26,494 nt of DNA from Candidatus Latescibacterota bacterium (lineage in GTDB: Bacteria; Latescibacterota; UBA2968; UBA8231). The translations under genes and the position numbers were made by a program. How positions within the stretch are numbered: the stretch's first letter is position 1; each line of letters opens with the position of its first letter. The stretch lies in NCBI GenBank assembly GCA_965205655.1, contig CBDBIJ010000072.1, forward strand, positions 1-26,494. The letters run 5' to 3'. Shown here piece by piece: positions 17,000 to 25,406 of this stretch. Under the pieces are notes generated by a model, which did not search any database, had not been told where the DNA came from, and saw only the letters and a list, made by a program, of their open reading frames with translations.

Positions 17000-18166
17000 G
17001 TGCCCGAGTCGACGACGACATACCTGGATCACAATGCCACCACGCCCCTGCGGCCGGAGGTGCTGGAGGCCATGCTGCCCTATCTGACGGAGATGGGCGG
17101 CAATCCATCCAGCATACACCAGGCGGGCCAGGCGGCGAGGGCGGGGCTGGACCTGGCGAGAGCCCGAATCGCGCGTCTCCTCAGCTGCGAGCCGGAGGAG
17201 GTGCACTTCACCAGCGGCGGCACCGAGGCCGACAACTGGGCCATAAAGGGGGTGATGGCGCGGACGGTGGGAAGTGGCGGCCGCATCGTCACCACCTCCA
17301 TCGAGCACCACGCCGTCTGGCACACCTGCGAATATCTCGAGCAGCGCGGGTACGACGTGGTGTACATACCGGTAGACGGCACCGGCGTGGTCAACGTCGC
17401 CGATGTCGTCAGAGCCATGGATGGCGGCGACACTGCTCTGGTCTCGGTCATGCACGGCAACAACGAAACCGGAGCGATCCAGCCGCTAGCGGAGATTGGA
17501 CGAGCGGCGCGTGAGCGGGGCATTCCCTTCCACACCGACGCCGTGCAGTCATTCGGGAAGCTGCCGGTGCATCCCGAAGAGCTCAGCGCCGACCTCATAT
17601 CGGTGTCGGCCCACAAGATAAACGGGCCGAAGGGGACGGGGGCCCTCTACATTCGTTCGGGAACGCCCATCGAGGCGCAATCGCACGGCGGTGACCACGA
17701 GGGCGGCCTGAGGGCGGGAACCGAAAACGTTGCCGGCATCGTCGGCTTCGGCATGGCGGCACAGCTTCGCGAACGAGAATTGGACTCGGAAGATGGGCGC
17801 ATGTGCGCGCTACGAGATCGACTCGAAAACGCCACTCTCGATTCGATCGATGAGGTCACGGTGAACGGACACCCCGTCGAGCGGCTGTCCAACACGTCGA
17901 ATTTGTCGTTTCGAGGCGTGGAGGCGGAGGCCGTCGTCATCGGACTCGATCTGGAGGGGATCGCTGTGTCGAGTGGATCCGCATGCACGGCGGGCACGAC
18001 TGAGCCGTCACACGTGCTCCGCGCCATGGGCCTGGAGCCGCGCCTGGCCGCATCCTCCGTGCGTTTCAGCCTCGGCTGGGGCACAACCGAAGAGGATGTC
18101 GACCGGGCGAGTGAGGTGCTGCCCGCAATCGTGGAGAGATTGCGACGCTTGTCCCCGGCGCTGTAG
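17000..18166 (+). CDS. iscS: Cysteine desulfurase, IscS/NifS class I
   Basis: YLDHNATTP, FTSGGTEADN, HTDAVQ, SAHK (PLP lysine), RAGTEN, SSGSACT (catalytic Cys). Confidence 0.95.
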   Translation: MPESTTTYLDHNATTPLRPEVLEAMLPYLTEMGGNPSSIHQAGQAARAGLDLARARIARLLSCEPEEVHFTSGGTEADNWAIKGVMARTVGSGGRIVTTSIEHHAVWHTCEYLEQRGYDVVYIPVDGTGVVNVADVVRAMDGGDTALVSVMHGNNETGAIQPLAEIGRAARERGIPFHTDAVQSFGKLPVHPEELSADLISVSAHKINGPKGTGALYIRSGTPIEAQSHGGDHEGGLRAGTENVAGIVGFGMAAQLRERELDSEDGRMCALRDRLENATLDSIDEVTVNGHPVERLSNTSNLSFRGVEAEAVVIGLDLEGIAVSSGSACTAGTTEPSHVLRAMGLEPRLAASSVRFSLGWGTTEEDVDRASEVLPAIVERLRRLSPAL

Positions 18167-18176
18167 AGAGCAGAGG

Positions 18177-18197
18177 GCGGCGCAAACTTCGCGCCGC
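18177..18197. terminator. GC-rich hairpin between convergent iscS and aspC; possible terminator
   Basis: GCGGCGC-AAACTTC-GCGCCGC, 7-bp stem 10 nt after the iscS stop; weak U-tract. Confidence 0.4.
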
Positions 18198-18247
18198 TTA
18201 CAACACCGCCGCGATGGCGTCGGGCGACGCGCAAAAATCCGCAGCGC

Positions 18248-19426
18248 TTACAGCACTTCCGCTATTGCGTCGCACAGGTAGTCGATGTTCGCCTTCGTTA
18301 TCCCCGCTACGTTAATGCGACCAGAGCCCACGATGTAGATGGAGTATCGATCCCGCAGCTGCTGCACCTGATCGGCGCTGAGGCCGGAAAACGAAAACAT
18401 GCCCCGTTGCCGTTCGATGTAGGAGAAGTCCCGTCCAACTCCCCTCTGATTCAGCGCCTCGACGAACAGATGCCGCATGCCGTTGATGCGATCCCGCATG
18501 GCGGCGACCTCCGCCTCCCACCGGGAGCGCAGCTGGGCATCCCGCAGGATCTCCGTGACGATGGCCGAGCCGTGGCCGGGCGGGTTCGAGAAGTTGGTGC
18601 GGGCGCAGACCTTGAGATAGCTGAGAACGGTCTGAGCGGTTTCGGGCGTCGCGGTGACGGCCGTCAACGCCCCCACCCGTTCCTTGTAAAGACCGAAGTT
18701 CTTCGAGTAGGAGCTCGCGATCAGCAGCTCAAGCCCCGGTCGGCACAGTTCCCGCAGGCCGACGGCGTCCTCGTTCAACCCGTCTCCGAGCCCCTGGTAG
18801 GCGAAGTCGACGAGCGGCACGAGTCGTCGCTCCACGAGGATATCGCCGATCGCCTTCCACTGTTCGGGCGAGGGATCGACGCCGGTAGGGTTGTGGCAGC
18901 AGCCGTGGAGGAGGACGACGTCTCCCTGCGGAGCGGTCTGCAGAGCGGACAGGAAACCGTCGACGTCGAGACCGTTGCGCTGGGCGTCGAAGTAGGGATA
19001 GGTCGCAACTTGTAAGCCGGCGGCCTTGAAGACCTTCGGGTGGTTGGCCCAGGTGGGCTCGCTGAGCCAGAGCCGAGCCTCGGGAAACAGCCGGTGGAGG
19101 AAATCGGCAGCCAACCGCAGCCCGCCGGTGCCGCCCGGGGCCTGAGCCGTCACTGCCGCCAGATCCGAATCGCCGTCGAACAGCAGCCCGCGCACCGCCT
19201 CGCCATACTCCGGCGTACCGTCGATGGGCAGGTAGGTCTTCGACGTCTCCTTCTCGAGCAGGCGCGACTGAGCCTCAACGACCGCGTCGAGCACGGGGGT
19301 GACGCCCTCGCTGTCCCGATATTCGCCGACGCCCAGATTGATTTTGTCCGCATTCGCGTCCTGCCCGAAAGCCGCCGTCAGTCCCAGAATGGGATCGGCA
19401 GGCGCCATCTCCAGATTTTCGAACAT
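18248..19426 (-). CDS. aspC: Aspartate/aromatic amino acid aminotransferase (class Ia)
   Basis: APADPILGL, NLGVGEY, HGCCHNPTG, DFAYQG, SYSKNFGLYKERVG, QRGMFS, SGRINVAG. Confidence 0.95.
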   Translation of the reverse strand: MFENLEMAPADPILGLTAAFGQDANADKINLGVGEYRDSEGVTPVLDAVVEAQSRLLEKETSKTYLPIDGTPEYGEAVRGLLFDGDSDLAAVTAQAPGGTGGLRLAADFLHRLFPEARLWLSEPTWANHPKVFKAAGLQVATYPYFDAQRNGLDVDGFLSALQTAPQGDVVLLHGCCHNPTGVDPSPEQWKAIGDILVERRLVPLVDFAYQGLGDGLNEDAVGLRELCRPGLELLIASSYSKNFGLYKERVGALTAVTATPETAQTVLSYLKVCARTNFSNPPGHGSAIVTEILRDAQLRSRWEAEVAAMRDRINGMRHLFVEALNQRGVGRDFSYIERQRGMFSFSGLSADQVQQLRDRYSIYIVGSGRINVAGITKANIDYLCDAIAEVL

Positions 19427-19442
19427 GATCAGTCCCCCTCAC

Positions 19443-19958
19443 TCAGCTCAAACGGATACGTCGATAGGTTGACCAGCGCAACAGCCTCTTCTGGCCCGTT
19501 TTTTTTTCCACGGCTTCCTGTTCGATGTTGTCCACCATTTCCCACTCTTCAGCATCCCAGTCCGGGAAGAAGGTCTCACCACTCACTTCCTCAGGCAGAT
19601 GAGTCAGTATCATTTCGTCCGCCTCGGCAAGTGCGCGGCGGTATACGGCCTCCCCTCCACAGACGAACATCGCTCCTGCGCCAATGCGATCGCAGAGCGA
19701 TCGGGCCTCCTCGTAGCTGCCGACGATGACGACTTCCGCCGCCGCGTCATAGCCCGGGTTCGCGGTCAAGACGATATTCGTCCGGCCCGGTAGCGGTCGT
19801 CGCCGGAGGGATTCGTAGGTCTTGCGACCCATCAGGCATGGGTATCCCGCGGTGGTGCGCATGAAGTGTTTCATGTCAGCCGGGTAGTTCCACGGCAGGT
19901 CCCCGTCCCTGCCGATGACGCCGTTCGCCGCCACGGCGGCGATGATTATCGTCTTCAT
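19443..19958 (-). CDS. folA: Dihydrofolate reductase
   Basis: IIAAVAANGVIG, LPW-x-x-PADMKHF, MGRKTYES, RPLPGRTNIVLT, CGGEAVY. Confidence 0.95.
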   Translation of the reverse strand: MKTIIIAAVAANGVIGRDGDLPWNYPADMKHFMRTTAGYPCLMGRKTYESLRRRPLPGRTNIVLTANPGYDAAAEVVIVGSYEEARSLCDRIGAGAMFVCGGEAVYRRALAEADEMILTHLPEEVSGETFFPDWDAEEWEMVDNIEQEAVEKKTGQKRLLRWSTYRRIRLS

Positions 19959-19976
19959 TTATGCCGCGATCATGCC

Positions 19977-20750
19977 TCACCCGGGCTGAAAGAATCGTTC
20001 GAGCTCGGGCAGGGACGAGCGGCGGGCCTCATCCGTCGATCCGGAGAACAGGACCTGGCCGCCATCGAGCATGAGGAGGCGGCCGTCGAGGCGCTCGATG
20101 CTGAGCAGCTCGTGGGTGACGACGACGAGCGTCATGCCCAGACTCTCGTTCAAGGTCAACAGGAGGCGGTCGATCGCCGCCGCCGTCACCGGATCGAGAC
20201 CGGCGCCGGGCTCGTCGCAGAACAGGACCTCGGGATCGAGCGCCATTGCCCGCGCCAGAGCGGCCCGCTTGCGCATTCCCCCTGACAGCTCTGTGGGCAG
20301 CAGATCCACGGCATGGGGCAGCCCCACCTGCTCGAGCCGTGTGAGCACGACCTGTCGAATCAAATCTCCGTCGAGCTCCGTGTGCATCTCGAGCGGCAGG
20401 GCGACGTTTTCGCCCACTGTGAGCGAATTCAGCAGGGCGCCGTACTGAAACATCACCCCCACGCGCCGCAGGACTGCTTGCTGCTCCTGTTCGGAAAGCT
20501 CGTGAAGCTCGCAGTCGAGCAGGCGAACGCTGCCGGAGGCCGGTGAAGCCAATCCGATGATCGTCTTCAACAGCGTGCTCTTGCCGCAGCCGCTGCCCCC
20601 GACGATGACGGCGATTTCGCCCGTGTCGACACGCAGGTTTATTCCCTGAAGCACCACCGTATCGCCGTAGGAGACATGGAGGTCTCCGATGTCGATGGCG
20701 GGATATGCCGGAGCCGTCGTCGTCGAGCCCGAACTGCGCTGGCCGTTCAT
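19977..20750 (-). CDS. mlaF: ABC ATPase of the MlaF/Mkl family
   Basis: Walker A GGSGCGKST, MFQYGAL, signature LSGGMRKRAALARA, FCDEPGAGLDP, VVTH; start ATG 20750 or GTG 20753 overlaps the mlaE stop. Confidence 0.92.
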   Translation of the reverse strand: MNGQRSSGSTTTAPAYPAIDIGDLHVSYGDTVVLQGINLRVDTGEIAVIVGGSGCGKSTLLKTIIGLASPASGSVRLLDCELHELSEQEQQAVLRRVGVMFQYGALLNSLTVGENVALPLEMHTELDGDLIRQVVLTRLEQVGLPHAVDLLPTELSGGMRKRAALARAMALDPEVLFCDEPGAGLDPVTAAAIDRLLLTLNESLGMTLVVVTHELLSIERLDGRLLMLDGGQVLFSGSTDEARRSSLPELERFFQPG

Positions 20751-21841
20751 CACAGGTAGAAGATAATCCCCCAGGTGAGGTCGAGAACGATGATGCCGAA
20801 GATGGAAGACACGACGGAGGCAGTCGTCGCCTGTCCGACGCCGGAGGCCCCGCCTTTGAAATCGAGCCCGCGATAGACGGCGATGATGGTGATGATCCAG
20901 GCGAATGAGATGCTCTTTACGAGGCCGGTGAGTATGTCCTTCAGCAGGAGCGCCTCGGTGACCCGGGTGAAGAATGTGCGGGGCGCGATGTCGAGCGAGA
21001 ACACGCCGGTCACGGTGCCCCCGATGAGACCGGTGAAGTCTGCCATGATCGTCAGCAGGGGCACCGTCAGCAGCATGGCCCACATTTTGGGGACGGCCAC
21101 GAGGCGGAGTGGATCGAGGGCCATCGTCTTGAGGGCGTCGATCTCCTCGGTGAACTTCATCGTCGCCACCTCGGCGGCGATGGCCGAGCCGCTGCGACCG
21201 GCGACGATGATGGCCGTCATCAGCGGTCCGAGCTCGCGGCAGATGCCAACGGCGAGCAGGTCAGCGGCGAACACATTGGCGCCGAACTGGCGCAGCTGGG
21301 CGACGGCCTGCAGCGTCGACACCGCGCCGATGAGAAAGAGGATGAGGGCGATGATGGGCAGCCCCTGCGAGCCCACGGCGATGGCCTGGTCGACGAACGA
21401 GCCGCGGCGCATGCCGGTGCGCTTGAACAGCGCCGCCACGGCAGACCAGGTCAGATCGGTCATGAGGTAGGCGAACAGAGCGATCTGCTGCCCCATGTAA
21501 TCGACTCGCTCGCCCAGCGTTTCGAGAAAACTGCCGCGCTCCTTCAGCTGTGCCTTGCGCGCGGCGGGCGCCTGGACGAAATCGAAGAATCCTTGAAGAC
21601 CGGCCGGCAGCTGTCCGAGTGAGAGTTCCTTGCCAATCGACGTGGAGTAGACGGACAGGCGGCGCAGGAATACGACTCCCGTCGTGTCGAGGTGGGTGAC
21701 GCCGCTCAAATCGCCCAGCAGCGAAGCCTGCGGATGATTGCGGATCAGCTCCCTGATCTGCGCGTCGAGGGCGGGGACCGTCTCGAGGGTGAGGTCGCCC
21801 TCGAAGCGGATACCTCGTTCGTCGTTGGAGACCCGACTCAT
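20750..21841 (-). CDS. mlaE: MlaE-family permease with fused N-terminal STAS (MlaB-like) domain
   Basis: STAS: GDLSGVTHLDTTGV; MlaE: RELGPLMTAIIVAGRSGSAIAAEV, EEIDALKTM, GASGVGQATTASVV. Confidence 0.92.
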   Translation of the reverse strand: MSRVSNDERGIRFEGDLTLETVPALDAQIRELIRNHPQASLLGDLSGVTHLDTTGVVFLRRLSVYSTSIGKELSLGQLPAGLQGFFDFVQAPAARKAQLKERGSFLETLGERVDYMGQQIALFAYLMTDLTWSAVAALFKRTGMRRGSFVDQAIAVGSQGLPIIALILFLIGAVSTLQAVAQLRQFGANVFAADLLAVGICRELGPLMTAIIVAGRSGSAIAAEVATMKFTEEIDALKTMALDPLRLVAVPKMWAMLLTVPLLTIMADFTGLIGGTVTGVFSLDIAPRTFFTRVTEALLLKDILTGLVKSISFAWIITIIAVYRGLDFKGGASGVGQATTASVVSSIFGIIVLDLTWGIIFYL

Positions 21842-21896
21842 GGGCTAATGGCTTCCGATGTCGGCTGGCCGAGCTGGGCCGGGGCGTGCGTGCGTA

Positions 21897-23456
21897 TCAG
21901 AAGAAGCGTGAGAATCTAAGCAGGATCTGCTCACGACCCTGCAGCCGTTTCAGCGTCTCTTCGCGCTCGAGGTCGGCCACGAGATCGAGACTGATGAAGC
22001 TGGTCAGAAAAATCCTCAGCCTGTTTTCCCAGCTGAATACCCAGTCGTCCGTTTTCGCGCTCGGCATCAGGATGTCGAACTCGGAGTCGAAGTTGATCGC
22101 CCTGGCCAGGCGGGCATCGGTGATCAGCAGCGCCTCGAAGCCGGTGCTCGATGCGTTCTTCAGCTCCGTGGCGCTCGTTTCGTCATCGCTGAGCTCGAAG
22201 GAATCGGAGACGATCGTTTGCCGGGCGCCCAATCCGAAGCGCATGTCCATGTTGATGAGGAAGGTGCGGTAGAGCTGGGAGTTGATGCCGACTCCCTGGC
22301 GCAGCCGCAGCGGGAAGAAGGAGGGCGACAGGGTGACCTCGCTGGCGTTTTTCTCAGCGTTTCGGATCTCTTCGACATTCGAGTTCAGCCATCTGAAATC
22401 CCTGGGCGTCTCGAAGAAGGCGTCGTCGGCAAACAGCTTCGTGTTCAACACGCCTCGCAGGTAGGGGCCGAATTTCTGCGACACCTTATAGATGTAGGTG
22501 CCGCGCAGCTCGAACCGATCGATGGACTTTCGAAAGGCGTCGCCCTCCTGTTTGGTTGCGCCCTCTTCCATGACGAGCCGGACGCTGGCGAAATTCTTCT
22601 CCGTGCTGTATCGGGTGCGATTGAAAATCTGTACCGAGAGCGTCAGGGTGGAGGCGTCGCCGGCGGGATTGCGCTGCGTGGTGTTGACGAGGGTCGAACC
22701 GCTGAGCTCCGTCTGCGAGGTAACGTTCTTCGCGAGGACGGCGGCGCCGGCCTGGAGCATGGGACGCGGGTAGAAGCCGATGTACTCGTCGGAGTTCGAG
22801 TCGAAGACGAGGTTGCGCTGCACCAGGCTGCCCGGCTCGAGGCGGACGCTGAACTTGCGCGTAGTGGAGAACGGCTGGCCTACTTTTACAATGTTGTAGA
22901 CTCCTGGCCTCAACAGCCAGGTGCGCACCCTTTCGCCGCGCTCCTCCTCGATGCCCAATCCCCTGCCGAAGTTTTCCTGGGTTCTGTCCTGGTAGATTTC
23001 GTACTGCTCGTTGATTGATGTGCGGCTCTGGTCGATGACGTCGATGACGAGGGCGGCCCAGTCCGGCTTCATCAGGGTGGTGCTTTCCTCGACGACCTCT
23101 ACACTCTTCCTGATCATCTGGGAGATGGCGCCCGTGCCGATGAGCACCTCATAGCGGCCCGGGGCCAGGATGACGCCGTTCCCCGGACTGGCGGAGGCGA
23201 TCTCTTTTTCGTCACCGTTGAAGACCTGATAGCTCGGCTCGTTGCCCACCGGCTCGCTCAGGGCAGGCACGAAAAGCATGCCCTTGCCCCTTGGTATGAG
23301 CTGGGGGTCTTCGGCCAGCTGCACCCGTGAAGCCGACGCCGTCCAAGTGCTCTCGTCGGCCGAGACAGGTGTGGTGGACTCCATCGCGAGCAATATCGCC
23401 GCGGCGCCAGAAATTGCGGTCATGCGGCATCTGATATCAGTCGTCGTCGGTTGCAT
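21897..23456 (-). CDS. Predicted outer-membrane beta-barrel protein (DUF3078/DUF481-like) with two N-terminal beta-sandwich modules
   Basis: Signal-like N-terminus ending PVSA-DES; amphipathic beta-strands through the C-terminal half; terminal Phe (QILLRFSRFF); two L-x-PG-x-Y repeats. Start 23456 or 23423. Confidence 0.7.
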   Translation of the reverse strand: MQPTTTDIRCRMTAISGAAAILLAMESTTPVSADESTWTASASRVQLAEDPQLIPRGKGMLFVPALSEPVGNEPSYQVFNGDEKEIASASPGNGVILAPGRYEVLIGTGAISQMIRKSVEVVEESTTLMKPDWAALVIDVIDQSRTSINEQYEIYQDRTQENFGRGLGIEEERGERVRTWLLRPGVYNIVKVGQPFSTTRKFSVRLEPGSLVQRNLVFDSNSDEYIGFYPRPMLQAGAAVLAKNVTSQTELSGSTLVNTTQRNPAGDASTLTLSVQIFNRTRYSTEKNFASVRLVMEEGATKQEGDAFRKSIDRFELRGTYIYKVSQKFGPYLRGVLNTKLFADDAFFETPRDFRWLNSNVEEIRNAEKNASEVTLSPSFFPLRLRQGVGINSQLYRTFLINMDMRFGLGARQTIVSDSFELSDDETSATELKNASSTGFEALLITDARLARAINFDSEFDILMPSAKTDDWVFSWENRLRIFLTSFISLDLVADLEREETLKRLQGREQILLRFSRFF

Positions 23457-23459
23457 CTG

Positions 23460-24263
23460 TCACTCCGGCGCCAGTTTTCCGGGAACGATCTCGTAGTCGG
23501 GATTGGATGTAGGTGCGGCGTCCGCCGAATCGGCGGGTGCCGCTTCCAGCTCTTCCATGACCTCCTCGTCGAGCAAAAACTCGTAGGGTCTTTTCTCGCT
23601 CTGCAATTTCTGAATCAGGAAGTGGCGGTCCAGCTCCCGAATGTACCGCTCCATGCGCGTCCGCAGAATTTTCCTGATTGTTTCCACCGTATGACTGAAA
23701 TCCTCGAGGTAGACCTGCTGCTCATCATCGAATTCCACGTGCCAGACCACCCTGTTGTTCCTGTCCACCAGCTGCATGGACATGGCCAGGCGCGCGATCC
23801 ACACGTCGCCGCTGTCGAAGCGCTCGATCGCCTTCACCGTACCCCGCAGACTGAAGTCCGGCTCCACATCGAGAAACTGCTGACTGATGTCGATGAAGAG
23901 GGCGGGATTCATGTTCAGGTAGGCCTCCACGGCATCCGTAATCATCTCGCTCGGTCTCACGGCCCAGCGGTGGTAGCGATCTTCGCGCATTTCATGGGGC
24001 GACAGGCGAAAGACAATCTGGTTTTTGTCGTACACACGTGAAACGGCAAATTTCTCGATCGCCACTCTGTAAGGGTACGGGCGCTCGGAGTGGGGCAGCG
24101 ACAGCCGAATCGTCTCGGCCTCGACGATGAACTTGCGCGTCTCCGGCACCACGGTCTTGCCCCCGATGAGCTGGGCGCAGCCTCCTGTTCCCGCCGCCAG
24201 CAAACCCGAGAGGAGTACAGCGAATCGTCCTCGGACGAGCGATCGTCCGTACAGGCGTTCCAT
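23460..24263 (-). CDS. PqiC-like ABC transport auxiliary lipoprotein
   Basis: Lipobox-like AAGTGGC; VAIEKF...YDKNQIVFR...YHRWAVRPSEMI...LRGTVKAIE typical of PqiC/ABC_trans_aux; follows an MCE gene. Confidence 0.8.
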   Translation of the reverse strand: MERLYGRSLVRGRFAVLLSGLLAAGTGGCAQLIGGKTVVPETRKFIVEAETIRLSLPHSERPYPYRVAIEKFAVSRVYDKNQIVFRLSPHEMREDRYHRWAVRPSEMITDAVEAYLNMNPALFIDISQQFLDVEPDFSLRGTVKAIERFDSGDVWIARLAMSMQLVDRNNRVVWHVEFDDEQQVYLEDFSHTVETIRKILRTRMERYIRELDRHFLIQKLQSEKRPYEFLLDEEVMEELEAAPADSADAAPTSNPDYEIVPGKLAPE

Positions 24264-24266
24264 CGT

Positions 24267-25238
24267 CTATTCCTCGGCTCGGCCCCTGATCAGAATGGAT
24301 GGGTCCTCCCGAATCAACTCCGTCGCCGTGTTGATGTTCTGCAGGGTCTCTTCCAGGTTCTGCATGGCGGCGAGGATGTTGCGTCGAGACTGGATGACGG
24401 TCCGATCCACGTGGGTGAAGGTCGTATCGATCGTGCCGGCCATTCTGCTCACGTTTTCCAGCAGGTCGGGCAGGGGCCCCTCTAACAGCTCCCGCCCCGC
24501 TCTGGTTGCCAGCTGCAGATCGCCCAGGGTCGAGTGCATGTCGTCGGACGTCATCATCTGGTGCAGCGAGTCCATCGTCGCCTGCAGGGTCGATGCTGTG
24601 CCGGCGAGGGAGTGAGTCATCGATTCCAGGTTTTTAAAGGTGTTTCCGATCGGGTCGCGATTGTCGTTGACGAGGCCGCTGGCGCCGTCCATGAACTCGG
24701 CACCGGTCGACAGCAATCTGCCGAGCTCCACCGAGTTCTGACGGTTGGTCAGATGAGTCATGTTGTCGAGGAGGATCTCGACTTTTGCGGTGAGCGCCTC
24801 GGCGCGCTCGTCGAGGTTCGACAGAAAGGTGGAGCTGGCTCTGATGTGGGATCCGGGCGGCAGCATTTCCGATGCAGGCGAGCCGGCGACGAGCTCGATG
24901 TACTTGAGGCCGGTGATGCCTTGACCGTGGAGCCTCGCCTGCGTATCGGCGCGGATGGCGTCGCTCACCTTGTCGCGCGCCACCGAGATCTCGACGACCA
25001 CGGTGACGAGGTCCTCCGGGGAGATGGAGGTGTTCTCGACCCGACCCACAGTGATGCCCTGATACTTGACCGTGTTCCCCTTCGTCAGGCCGCCGACGGA
25101 AGCCGAGAAGTCGATGAAGTAGTGATCGCGCGGCTTGAGAAGATGCCGGCCGGCGACGAAGAGCAGGAAAAGGGCAAGGACGCCGCAGGCGGAGATCAGG
25201 AAGATGGCGAGGCGGACTTTTTGCGCTGGTGTTGCCAT
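24267..25238 (-). CDS. mlaD: MlaD/MCE-family protein with long C-terminal helical extension
   Basis: N-terminal TM helix; MCE motifs SVGGLTKGNTVKYQGITVGRV and GITGLKYIEL; about 190 aa helical tail ending EDPSILIRG. Confidence 0.9.
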   Translation of the reverse strand: MATPAQKVRLAIFLISACGVLALFLLFVAGRHLLKPRDHYFIDFSASVGGLTKGNTVKYQGITVGRVENTSISPEDLVTVVVEISVARDKVSDAIRADTQARLHGQGITGLKYIELVAGSPASEMLPPGSHIRASSTFLSNLDERAEALTAKVEILLDNMTHLTNRQNSVELGRLLSTGAEFMDGASGLVNDNRDPIGNTFKNLESMTHSLAGTASTLQATMDSLHQMMTSDDMHSTLGDLQLATRAGRELLEGPLPDLLENVSRMAGTIDTTFTHVDRTVIQSRRNILAAMQNLEETLQNINTATELIREDPSILIRGRAEE

Positions 25239-25253
25239 TGGGGAGCCCGGTCT

Positions 25254-25332
25254 GCTTTGTTCGGGATGCCGTTGAGGCCGGGGCCGCCTGTGGCGGCCCT
25301 TCGAGGAGTCCTCAAGGCGGCCCGAATAAAGC
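25254..25332 (-). promoter_or_regulatory. Structured nested inverted-repeat element in the leader of the MCE operon
   Basis: On +: GCTTTGTTCGG (25254-64) pairs with CCGAATAAAGC (25322-32), TTGAGG with CCTCAA, and an inner GGGCCGCC-TGT-GGCGGCCC hairpin. Function unknown. Confidence 0.5.
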
Positions 25333-25406
25333 CAATCAGTTGAATCGTATCAAGGATGCCGCCGTGTGGCTGATGGCAGTCGGCGGACACCAACCTACGA
25401 CGGCCT

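Noticed and set aside
3079..19426. nadC + iscS + aspC as an NAD-biosynthesis cluster
   Set aside because: Genes lie more than 13 kb apart in different transcription units, and nadA/nadB are absent.
20751..21083. N-terminal extension of the mlaF ORF (368-aa call)
   Set aside because: Off-frame overlap with mlaE; the ATPase begins at about 20750.
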